Assembly: GCA_950097015.1 (NCBI GenBank)
Contig: CATNEN010000001.1
Location: forward strand, 19,778,001 to 19,842,000
Origin: Macrostomum hystrix
Taxonomy: Eukaryota; Animalia; Platyhelminthes
Direction of reading: 5' to 3'
Length of the DNA: 64,000 nt
Below, piece after piece: positions 53,859 to 64,000 of this stretch. Within the stretch, counting starts at the first letter, position 1; each line of letters begins with the position of its first letter. The notes under the pieces were generated by a model. That model was not told the DNA's origin. It saw nothing but the letters and a program-made list of their open reading frames with translations, and did no database searches. The translations under genes and the position numbers were made by a program.

Positions 53859-54006
53859 TAGCTCAATGCGCTCACAAAGAAAAATTTTACTCACAAATTC
53901 AAATGAAAAATAAAGTTATATTTCAGTCTCTTTATCTGCTTGCTGGGAGACAGAATTTTGCTAATAATGCTTAAAAACGCATCCCAGCTTGGCCAGTCTC
54001 TTAAAA

Positions 54007-57000
54007 TCACATCTCGCCATGGAGACCACGATGGCACTTCAGGATTCGCGCCGCTTCGACAATGGCAGGATGCCAGGACTTCGGCCGCTCAGTGACGCCT
54101 GGCTGGTTGCCATCAGAAGCCCATGATTCGAACTTGCCCTTGCACCTGTCTCTTGCCCAATCGCACAAATCTATTTTGAACATGTCCGCTGATATCCTGT
54201 GGCCTGCGTTGGCATTGTTGTCAGTCTCCGGCTCAGCATTGACGTCCATTATTACTGCGTTCTCAAGGCTGACATCAAACTGCAGCGCCGCGGCGTGCTG
54301 GGACTCAGTGAGCCAGTTTCCGATGAGCCAATCATCAGTATTGTGGTTCGATGCAGACTCTTGATTCTTGTGTTTCTTCTGCTGGGTTCTCTTTTTGGAC
54401 AGTTGGACTTTTGGACACAGATTGCTCTTTGAGGACTTTTGCTTTGCAGTACTGAAAAAATTGAAATAAAAAATCGATCACTGCTAGAGTCATCGTACTG
54501 TAGGGCGTTTATTGTTGTTAGACCCTGCAATGTAGCTGTCTGCAATGGGAGCGCCACTGCAAATGCGGCTTCTTACTGAGGTTGCAAAACAAGTAGCAAA
54601 ATTTAAATCAAGATCTTAGGTTCAGTTTTCGAGCCTTTTCTATCCAATTCATCGCGTCCAATTCCGCCCGTCGCAACTCTTTCGCGAGCGTCTGTGACTA
54701 AGGACTCACACGCGTAGCGTGCTCAACTATAGCTCGTACTACTACTACATGTACTACTAAAAAATTGACAAACCTGGTCTTGTGGTCCACGCTTAAGGCA
54801 GGGTCAGTCAAAGGCTTATTCTGCGATGCGTCGGTCGAATCATAGAACTTTGACACATGCTGCAGATGGGCGATGGCCCAAGAAAGACGAATTCGTACAT
54901 CAAAATCGTCGCCCAATGAGCTAGTACGCAAGACTCTACTTTTGTCTGTGGCCTGTTGATTGTGCTCCGCGTAATTCTGCTCGGTGTCGCCGTGTCTTTT
55001 TGCAGTATGTAACCTGCGCGGATTCGCCAGTAATTCGGCGCTGATACGAGAATCTTCCACCGTGTAATACTGCGAACTCGCCATGTTCTGCACGAGTCTG
55101 TTCTTGCGGTCAGCCCCGTATGACGAATGCTTCGCAGTTGGGCTCGCCTTTGCCGTTGCGGCAGCTGGAGTGGTCGGGTTCTGCTTTTTCAGAATCGCCC
55201 CGACGGCTGCCTCGTAGTTGTGTATAAAATAGTCCCGCTCCAGCAGGGTCTCGGTATCGGCTGCTAATTTCGAGAAGCTGGACGAGATGCTCGAATGGCT
55301 AGACAGCAGAGTGACGGAAACTTCCGGATCGGCAAAGCCGCTCCCGGGCGGAGCCAAAGGTGGCTCCGGAACAACGCCAGTCATGAAGCCGATAGGCGCC
55401 CAGTCTTGGAACTGCACCCGGCCCTGTTGGAGTAGATCCGTGGCCATTGCATCCGCCTCGCTTAGCGAGATACCTCCGCGGAAAAGCATAAAGCCTGCCG
55501 TGTGAAGGCCGGTGCGCAGGTCGACATCCAGAAACTGGCTGCTGGGCTCGATCACCGCTTTAACGGTCGCCTTCGCTGACGGAGCACCCAAGCGCTTGGC
55601 TTGCCAACTCAGGAACGGTGCGCAGGACAGCATCGCATAGCGAAGGTTCGGGAATGGCTGCAGACCCTCTAAGACAGATTTGAGGGTCACGCTGGAGCGG
55701 GCCAGCCGCTCCGTGGCTGTCATGTTGCTGAACACGGCGGCCAGAGCGCGATTCGTGTGGACAAACGTCGCGGCTCCATTCGACTGCAGCTGGGCATTGC
55801 ACAAGTTGAACATCGCCGAGTTTGAGACACAGAAGGTCTGGCTTGTCAGTTCCCGCGATTCGTCTAGGTAAAGCGCCGTGTTGAGCAGCTCACAAGAACT
55901 CTGTGCGGCGGTGAGGCCAGGCACGACGCACAGGTCGATGAGGCTCTCCTGCTTGACGCCAAAATCGTTGGCCATTCTGGTCAGGGAGGCCGCCGTGAAG
56001 CCGCTGCCGGTACCGCCGCAGGAACTGTGGACCAGGAAGATGGTGGGCTTGCACTCCAGCCTCTCGAACATCCAGCGCAGCCTGTCCACCATTTCTGGCA
56101 GAAGCGTCTTAGTGTAGCCATAGTGACCATTGACGAAGTTGTTGGCCGCGTCAGTGTGTTCCGAGAGCATCTGGTGACCGCAGAACAGATCCTGATAGAT
56201 GCCGCTGCGCATCTCAACTATCAGAGTTCGGGGGGGTTTGCTGGAGGTGAAAAATGCTGGAGTACGTACGAGTACAAGCTGAATAAGGGGTAGCGCATGA
56301 AAGTCCCTGAGATAAAACGCCACAAAGCAGAAATACGAGTAATATGGGTCGTTGAGTAGGCTTGGAGCTACTACTTGAAGCAGCTTTTTTACGGTAGAAA
56401 CTTTACGGTAGATATTAAAAATACTCACATATATTTCTTGTATTTCCTAAAATATTTAACTACTCGCCATGAAAGCCAAGAATTATATTATTGAACCGAT
56501 AAGGATTCGCCGTTGACGTTTATACAGAGAGGTCTGTCAGTAGTTCTTGTCACCAGGGTCTTCGACAAGAATCGTTGAATATCTCGATTATGAACGTCGC
56601 ACAGATTTAAAAGTTAGTTTATCGTAAAGGGTGGAAAATTTAGATATGCTGGACTTTCACGAAAATCAGTCATTCGGTTTGGGAGCTACTGTGAAGTAGG
56701 CAGCGGGTATTTGAAATACCAACTCACATGGACCAACTCCACCTAGTATTGGGCAGCGCCTATTCTGTCAACTATTGATTAATCCACTGAAAACTGATCT
56801 TCAGACCCCTCACCGATGCAGGATGGATCCGTGTCGACAAACAAGGCTCTGGGAAAGTACCGACCACTTGATGCCGGCTCAAAAATGGCCTCCACGTTTC
56901 CGAGATCGCCGCAATGTTGCTTAAACAGGCCGTCGTATCCGATGTTATGCTCAAGGCACATGAGCTCCCAGATGGCGTGCCCGATCTGAACTCCCGCCTG

Positions 57001-57066
57001 ACCGATGTGCAGTGTCATCAGAGAATGTGACTGAAGGACGAGTGCGAAATAGAATTACGTCACCAT
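54007..57066 (-). CDS. Highly divergent alpha-tubulin-like protein (~700 aa if last exon is used); exons 57066-57064 (ATG), 57030-56814, 56217-54774, tentative 54451-54007
   Basis: LHIGQAGVQIGHAIWELMCLEH, PRALFVD, DAANNF, HSSCGGTGSG, QPFP, FQDWAPIGF align to alpha-tubulin. Introns after the ATG and at the codon ~76 phase-1 position match known animal alpha-tubulin intron sites. The 3' end is uncertain: unspliced read-through stops at 54698. Confidence 0.85.
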
Positions 57067-57159
57067 GGCAGAAGCAAAATTTTCACCAGTAGAACAAAGA
57101 TTGGAACCAGTAAACACTGGGCTGAGGGTTTGGAGAGGCTACATAGAACAAAGACCGTG

Positions 57160-57400
57160 ACCCCGGCGAGGCCACATTCATTTGGGGCGTAGCCGCGGAG
57201 AGAAGGCTTGGCGGCTTGTCGAGCAATTTACGCCCCTGCATAAGGGCCAACCTCCAAGGCACAGTGAAAGTGCACCCTGCCTAATGATGAGAAAGTCAGG
57301 GCATATGTTCACACCTGTGTGTGGGTTTGCGCTGTGCTCAGGGTCAGTAAACAGGGTCGAGTGTCCCCTACTGATTTGTCTGGGTCCACTGCAACCCTGA
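57160..57400 (+). mobile_element. SINE family A, 5'-truncated copy between the divergent tubulin-like and calmodulin-like genes
   Basis: CATTCATTTGGGGCG.AGCCGCGGAGAGAAGG, GGCCAACCTCCAAGGCACAGTGAA and GATGAGAAAGTCAGGG match the reverse complement of 50407-50770. Confidence 0.75.
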
Positions 57401-58310
57401 AAAAATTATCAAGTCAATTTGATGAAACGCAACTTACAATTAACGACATTTCTCAGAAAATATTCTGGTAGATGCGCGATTCTGTAGAAAAATTTAGATA
57501 CTCGATCGATGTTTTTATGAAAGCAGCCCAGACAACATTCATTTAATCTATTAATATATATTTTATTGCTGTTGCAGATCGAATAGAGTATTGATTTTAC
57601 CATAGACAAAATTGCTACCGAATTACCGAAAACGTACTTGTTATATAGGGTCTAAGCATTTAAGGGTATTTTATGTGCATTATTTCAATGAGCAGGCAGT
57701 TAAGCTCAAATGCAACGTTGGTTTTGTAAACTTGTCACGTAGTGTCAACAATTGATTGGGAAAAAAGTAATAGGCTTAAAGTACATCCACGTCGCGGTAG
57801 CCTCAGCAGCCACCTGGAGTTCGCAGGAAATTTGGGAGCAAAGAGAAAAAATAAATTGATGGATATGAAAGTTGGGGAGCTGGTTCAGCATGGCAGGACA
57901 GGCATGGCCACGTGCACATCAGCCCTGAGCTGGGCTAGCAACAAGCAGGGTTGTGGCAGAGGCTCCTGCCACATTTTCTTCTTGTTTCCATTTCCTACCT
58001 GTTTAATATCCCGTAGCTGTGGGCCTAAGGAGCTGGGAGGCTGCGAATGGGATTACTGCATGGGAGGGGGTGGCAGTTCGGAATTCCCCACTACTCCCAG
58101 CTGATATCGCAGAGGGAAGAGGGAGAATGGGAAGTGATGAGGAACAGGACAAGCCCCAACTTAGCTTTCCACCTTTCCCCTTCTCCCAAGCATGTTTCCC
58201 TTCGCGAGGTCTCACCTGTGCCCCCCTTACTATTGGTTGCTGGGGGAAAGACTCATTGGTGGTATAAATTGCTGACGATAATCCCATGAGGCGAGGCTAC
58301 CAGTCCGATC

Positions 58311-60170
58311 ATGAAGTCCGATCAGCAATTCGACCTATCCGAAGAGGAGATCGCCGAACTTCGCGAAGCCTTCCTGCTGTTCGACAGGGATGGCGGTGGC
58401 ACGATCTCGGCCAGCGAACTGGGTGACGTCATGCGCTCCCTGGGCCAGAATCCGTCCGAGGACGAGGTGCAGCGCCTCATCCGTCTGGTTGACGTCGACG
58501 GAAACGGCGAACTGGACTTCGCCGAGTTCACCATCCTCATGATGAAGAAGATGAGCGACGGCGAATCGGGCACGCAGATTCGCGAAGCCTTGAAGGTGAG
58601 GGTCCGGGTCATTGTGTACATGCTCTTAGACATGGCAGCTGTTAGACATGGCAGCTGTTAGACATGGCAGCTGTTAGACACTGTATCTGTTAGACATGGC
58701 AGCTGTTAGACACTGTATCTGTTACGCATGTCAGCTGTTAGACATGCCAGATGTCAGACAAGCTAGCTCCACTATCTCTAACGCAGACAAAAAATCCAAA
58801 GGAATTCAAAACAAAAGGAATCGAAGGAGGAACCGTAGCTAAGGAATCGAAGGAGGAACCGTAGCTAAGGAATCGCAGCAGGAACCGCAACTAAAGCTAT
58901 GGAATCGCAGCAGGAATATGTAAATAATTTCTTCACTCTAAAACTTTAGTTGTGGACACATGATGCACTTTACCTGCTTCGATTCCGCTCTAGTTGGAGT
59001 AGATTTTGAGTCCTGTTCCAATTCCCATGACACTGATAATGCGATGAGAGCCAATGCCAGCAATTGCCAAACTAGAGCTCCCCTGTTTTCTACAATCAAA
59101 CAGCTTTGAAGTGTTGACAATCGAAACGGTAGCAATAGGCCCGTGCTAATCGATTGAGTGACACATCGACTCTTAAAGTGTGAAAAGTTTGCACTGGCAA
59201 TACTGCGGAAATCGATTTTATGCTTGTTAGAAGCAAAGCAGCTTTACTTAGTTTTTCGTCACTAAAAAGTACACTTTCTCTTCTAAATTAAAACAGATGA
59301 CCCTACTGTCTAACACGTGACCCTATTGTCTAACAGGTGACCCTACTGTCTAACAGGTGACCCTACTGTCTTACTGGAGACTCTACTCTCTAACAGGTGA
59401 CCCTACTGTCTAACAGGTGACCCTACTGTCTAACAGGTGACTCTCCTGTCTAACAGGTGACCCTACTGTCTAACAGGTGACTCTCCTGTCTAACACGTGA
59501 CCCTATTGTCTAACAGGTGACCCTACTGTCTAACTGGTGACTCTACTGTCTAACAGGTGACTCTATTCTCTAACAGGTGACCCTACTGTCTAACAGGTGA
59601 CTCTCCTGTCTAACAGGTGACCCTACTGTCTAACAGGTGACTCTCCTGTCTAACAGGTGACCCTACTGTCTAACAGGTGACCATACTGTCTAACAGGTGA
59701 CCATACTGTCTAACAGGTGACCATACTGTCTAACAGGTGACCATACTGTCTAACAGGTGACCCTACTGTCTAACAGGTGACCATACTGTCTAACAGGTGA
59801 CCCTACTGTCTAACTGGTGACTCTATTTTCTAACAGGTGACCCTACTGTCTAACTGGTGACTCTATTGTCTAACAGGTGACCCTACTGTCTAACAGGTGA
59901 CCCTACTGTCTAACAGGTGACGCTCCTGTCTAACAGGTGACTCTTCCGTATATTTCTAACCCGAATTCGGAAACCTCCCAGGTGTTTGACGAGCAGGACA
60001 CTGGCAAGCTGCATGTAGACAAGTTGCGCTATATTATGGTCAGCCTTGGCGACCGAATGGAAGCCAGCGAAGTTGAAGAGCTAGTTCAGCTGCTAGAGCC
60101 TGACGATGAGGGCAACATACCGCTTGAGCAGATTGTCAGCGTGCTCAGCAGTCGGCCTGTCAACAGCTGA
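58311..60170 (+). CDS. Calmodulin-like EF-hand protein, 157 aa; exons 58311-58595 and 59982-60170
   Basis: [42 protein letters not shown] is calmodulin-like. EF1 and EF2 are canonical; EF3 ([12 protein letters not shown]) and EF4 ([12 protein letters not shown]) are degenerate. AAG|GTGAGG donor and CCCAG acceptor, phase 0. Confidence 0.9.
58625..58760. repeat. 16-bp minisatellite (GTTAGACATGGCAGCT)
   Basis: Direct tandem. Confidence 0.85.
59295..59943. repeat. 20-bp minisatellite (GTGACCCTACTGTCTAACAG) in calmodulin-like intron
   Basis: Direct tandem. Confidence 0.94.
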
Positions 60171-60199
60171 AGGACCTAACCAGAACAGAGCAGGAGCAT

Positions 60200-60560
60200 A
60201 GCAGCATCACTACTGGGAGAATACAAGAGGAGGCAGAAGGTTGGAAAGGTAGAGGATATGAGAGAAGAGAGTGAGAAAGGGAGAGGAATGGAGAGAAGTG
60301 GGGGAGAAAGAGAGAGTTGTGGAGAGAAGAGGGGAGAATGGGAGAAGAGGGAAGAGAAGAGGAGAAAGTTAGACGTGAGGAGAGAAGTGGGGGAGAAAGG
60401 GAGAAGAGGAGAAAGGGAGAGGTGGGGAGAGAAGTGGGGAGAAAAGGACATGAGGGGAAGAAGAGTAGGAGAAAAGTAGAGGAGGGGAAGAAGAGGGAAA
60501 GGTACAGGAGGGGAGAGAAGATAGGTAGAAAGGGGGTGGAAGAAAATGGATGGATATAGA
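60200..60560. repeat. GA-rich polypurine tract in calmodulin-like 3' region
   Basis: Direct. Confidence 0.85.
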
Positions 60561-60706
60561 GGTGACAGACGAAGGCGAATACCAAAAATACATTTTAATT
60601 ACAAAAAAGTTCACTTGAAGAGGAACGCTATCTTTTTATATAGGCAAAGTGTCATTATAAAGACGTACTTTTCACTGAACTACGATTACCACACTGGTGG
60701 AACTGT

Positions 60707-60771
60707 AATAAATCTTTTTTTTCTATAAATTAGGCCCAAGTAATCTAAAATAAAACAAACCAGTTTTTATT
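60707..60771. promoter_or_regulatory. Convergent candidate poly(A) signals: calmodulin-like (+, 60707) and caspase (-, 60771-60766)
   Basis: AATAAA on opposite strands about 55 bp apart. Confidence 0.38.
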
Positions 60772-60989
60772 ACTTCGTTGTATGAATATTATCAGTTGTC
60801 AACTTTCAACAGCTGTTTACTGACAAAGCATTGTTAGACGTACGAGCTATTGTTCACTTGCCCTAACTAATTTTGTTATTCGATCAATTTCAATATGATT
60901 ATGACAATCTGTATGCCTATGACAATTTCGTGACACTCTTGACATACACGAATATACGGATAAAATCCAGAGATCCAGGACACATGCTG

Positions 60990-61115
60990 ATAATGTTTGA
61001 AGGCGTTTTTTAAAGGTAGACAAAGCAAGATATTTCCTCGAAACCATATTCCACTCACTTAGACTATTAGAAAAACAATAAGACAAATTATTCAATTTGA
61101 AACACCGGCTCAAGA
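60990..61115 (-). mobile_element. Degenerate LINE (CR1/L2-like) ORF2 3' remnant
   Basis: Translation YCFSNSLSEWN...LSTFKKRL resembles the F-S-N..WN....S/TFK.RL motif at CR1/L2 ORF2 C-termini; short and degraded. Confidence 0.4.
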
Positions 61116-61647
61116 TTAAAAAACATTTGGCTTTGCGATATAATTATCAAGAGTAAGCAGATGACGTGTCACATGCCACTCAGTAATTACGAGCAGGAAC
61201 AAGCGGAAGCGAAATAAAAATCTAATTTTAGCAACCACTTAGGCAAAAAACTAATCAAAAGAACAACCAAAATACATGCCTTGTGACTGATTTTAAATTA
61301 AAAATTCCAAAAACGATTGAAAATCAAAAGCAGAAAGTTATTTGTAAGTAGCATATAACATGTACGGACAGAAACTTCTATTTCATTTAAGCGTGTACAT
61401 AATTTTTAATAAAATGGTGTCCTTATAAAAATACCAAATTCATAAAATGTGTTTGTAACACTACATACTATTTTAACAAAACAATCAATTTCATTTCACA
61501 AAATGTTTTTTCTGCGAGAATAGAACAACAACAAAACAGTAAAATGTTTATATTAAATAAGCAGGAGAGAATATATATTTAAATATGACATATTTAGCTC
61601 ATAATTTCCTGGAAATTTCACATTTTTTAGGAATTTGAAAGTCTTCT

Positions 61648-61900
61648 CTGTCTAACAGGTGACTTTCCTGTCTAACAGGTGTGTTTACTGTCTAAAAGGT
61701 GACTTTACTGTCTAACAGGTGACTTTCCTGTCTAACAGGTGTGTTTACTGTCTAACAGGTGTGTTTACTGTCTAACAGGTGACTTAAGAGTCTAACAGGT
61801 TACTCTATTGTCTAACATGTGATTCAATTGTCTAACAGGTGATTCTATTGTCTAACAGGTGACCCTACACTGTCTAACAGGTGACTCTCCTGACTAACAG
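61648..61900. repeat. 20-bp minisatellite, TGTCTAACAGGT family
   Basis: Direct tandem. Confidence 0.9.
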
Positions 61901-62129
61901 GAGCTTTTAGCAATCTCAGCGGATTAGGCCTACTAAAGCAGTAGAGAAATTTTTGGTATATTTGTAATTTTATAAATAAGTAAATACGAAGATACATGAA
62001 ATATCTGACCAGTAAAAGCCGATAATAAGCAAAATAATTACGCTTAAGAATACTCAGAATAGAGAAGTGTAATATTACACCAACAATCGGAATAGGTCAC
62101 ACCGAAACTTTAACAACTTTCCAAAACAC

Positions 62130-64000
62130 TCACTTGCGAACAGGAAAGTACAGCTCCTTAGTTAGCATGGATACAATGGAGGGCACTTGTTTCTTCCTAT
62201 CTAGCTGCGGATTGTTTGTGTGCGACTCGAACTCAAAAGCCACGGCCCTATTAACCCTGGTCATGACTCGCATGAAGTCCACCTTGGCGCAGTCTGTCTG
62301 GCCGAGGACTTCCGTGAGCTTCTGCACGAACCAGGAGCCGTGCGCGCCATTGCGCCAGGAGAAATAGCCGGGCACCACCGAGTAGCAGATTAGAAAATCG
62401 GCGTCTGTTGGCAGCCGCTGAATGGACCGGATTCCGTCTGTGGTGTCCACCGCCCGGTTGAACGCCTCAGCTTCAGTGTCCTCCTCGCCGAGGTCGGCCT
62501 GAGGGAGTAGCGGAAGTGGTTTGGGATCGCCTGAATGATCACCTAAAGGAGCACTACTGAGGAGGTTAGATTTACCTGAAGGAGCACCTGAAGGATCACT
62601 ACTGATGAGGTTAGATTTACCTGAAGGAGCACCTGAAGGATCACTACTGATGGGGTTAGGATTACCTGAAGGATCACTACTGATGGGGTTAGGTTTACCT
62701 GAAGGAGCACCTGAAGGATCACTACTGATGGGGTTAGGATTACCTGAAGTATCACTACTGATGGGGTTAGGATTACCTGAAGGATCACTACTGATGGGGT
62801 TAGGTTTACCTGAAGGATCACTACTGATGGGGTTAGGATTACCTGAAGGATCACTACTGATGGGGTTAGGATTACCTGAAGGATCACTACTGATGAGGTT
62901 AGATTTACCTGAAGGAGCACCTGAAGGATCACTACTGATAGTGTTAGGATTACCTGAAGGATCACTACTGATGGGGTTAGGTTTACCTGAAGGAGCACCT
63001 GAAGGATCACTACTGATGGGGTTAGGATTACCTGAAGGATCACTACTGATGGGGTTAGGTTTACCTGAAGGAGCACCTGAAGGATCACTACTGATGGGGT
63101 TAGGATTACCTGAAGGATCACTACTGATGGGGTTAGGATTACCTGAAGGATCACTACTGATGGGGTTAGGTTTACCTGAAGGATCACTACTGATGGGGTT
63201 AGGAGCACCTGAAGGATCACTACTGATGGGGTTAGGTTTACCTGAAGGAGCACCTGAAGGATCACTACTGATGAGGTTAGATTTACCTGAAGGAGCACCT
63301 GAAGGATCACTACTGATGGGGTTAGGATTACCTGAAGGATCACTACTGATGGGGTTAGGTTTACCTGAAGGAGCACCTGAAGGATCACTACTGATGGGGT
63401 TAGGATTACCTGAAGGATCACTACTGATGGGGTTAGGTTTACCTGAAGGAGCACCTGAAGGATCACTACTGATGGGGTTAGGATTACCTGAAGGATCACT
63501 ACTGATGGGGTTAGGATTACCTGAAGGATCACTACTGATGGGGTTAGGATTACCTGAAGGATCACTACTGATGGGGTTAGGTTTACCTGAAGGATCACTA
63601 CTGATGGGGTTAGGAGCACCTGAAGGATCACTACTGATGGGGTTAGGTTTACCTGAAGGAGCACCTGAAGGATCACTACTGATGAGGTTAGATTTACCTG
63701 AAGGAGCACCTGAAGGATCACTACTGATGGGGTTCGGATTACCTGAAGGATCACTACTGATGGGGTTAGGTTTACCTGAAGGAGCACCTGAAGGATCACT
63801 ACTGATGAGGTTAGGTTTACCTGAAGGATTACTACTAATGGGGTTAGGAGCGCCTGAAGGAGCACCTGAAGGAGCACCCAGAATAACAATAATGAATGAG
63901 CTAATATAATCAGGAATACCTCACCTGTTCCATGCCGGAATCGAACTTGTTACCTCGGCAGGCCTGCATGAAGAACAGTTTTGGCTTGCCCACGAGTGTT
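62130..64000 (-). CDS. Effector caspase (caspase-3/7-like), 3' part only; exons >64000-63925 and 62498-62130
   Basis: LVGKPKLFFMQACRG catalytic pentapeptide; p10 motifs ADFLICYSVVPGYFSWRN, GSWFVQ, KQVPSIVSMLTKELYF; linker DTTDG; phase-0 GT-AG intron. The gene continues beyond the window. Confidence 0.93.
62530..63880. repeat. Compound 33-bp + 12-bp array filling the caspase intron
   Basis: Sense-strand units GTAATCCTAACCCCATCAGTAGTGATCCTTCAG and GTGCTCCTTCAG. Confidence 0.95.

Noticed and set aside
56218-56428. N-terminal 70 aa of the 576-aa tubulin ORF
   Set aside because: Intronic read-through; the true tubulin N-terminus is in the upstream exon 57030-56814.
62543-63909. 434/448-aa ORFs on both strands as independent genes
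   Set aside because: They lie wholly in the caspase intron array and result from stop-free 33/12-bp units.

Overview
Eukaryotic (animal) genomic DNA with GT-AG introns. About a third of the window (rough sum of array spans) is dispersed 16-42 bp tandem arrays and GA/CT low-complexity tracts. This architecture resembles the flatworm Macrostomum, but the species assignment is inference only. Six protein-coding genes can be reconstructed by hand: (1) a class A orphan GPCR with an intronless CDS and a poly-P/H/Q tail (+); (2) LIS1/PAFAH1B1, 3 coding exons (-); (3) a Ca2+/calmodulin-dependent phosphodiesterase PDE1, about 16 exons over 25 kb (+); (4) a highly divergent alpha-tubulin-like gene (-); (5) a calmodulin-like EF-hand gene (+); (6) the 3' end of an effector caspase (-). 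Mobile elements are a complete non-autonomous Helitron carrying a PIF1 helicase fragment with a nested hAT MITE, two tRNA-derived SINE families, and a probable LINE 3' remnant. Three observations stand out. Several intronic arrays have units that read as back-to-back mini-introns (GT...CTAAC...CAG|GT), suggesting recursive or decoy splice-site arrays. The alpha-tubulin derivative lacks the GTPase-activating residues and acidic tail and has a ~100-aa insertion before H12. A calmodulin-like gene with only two intact EF-hands lies next to PDE1. Most long ORFs in the supplied track are artefacts of tandem repeats.
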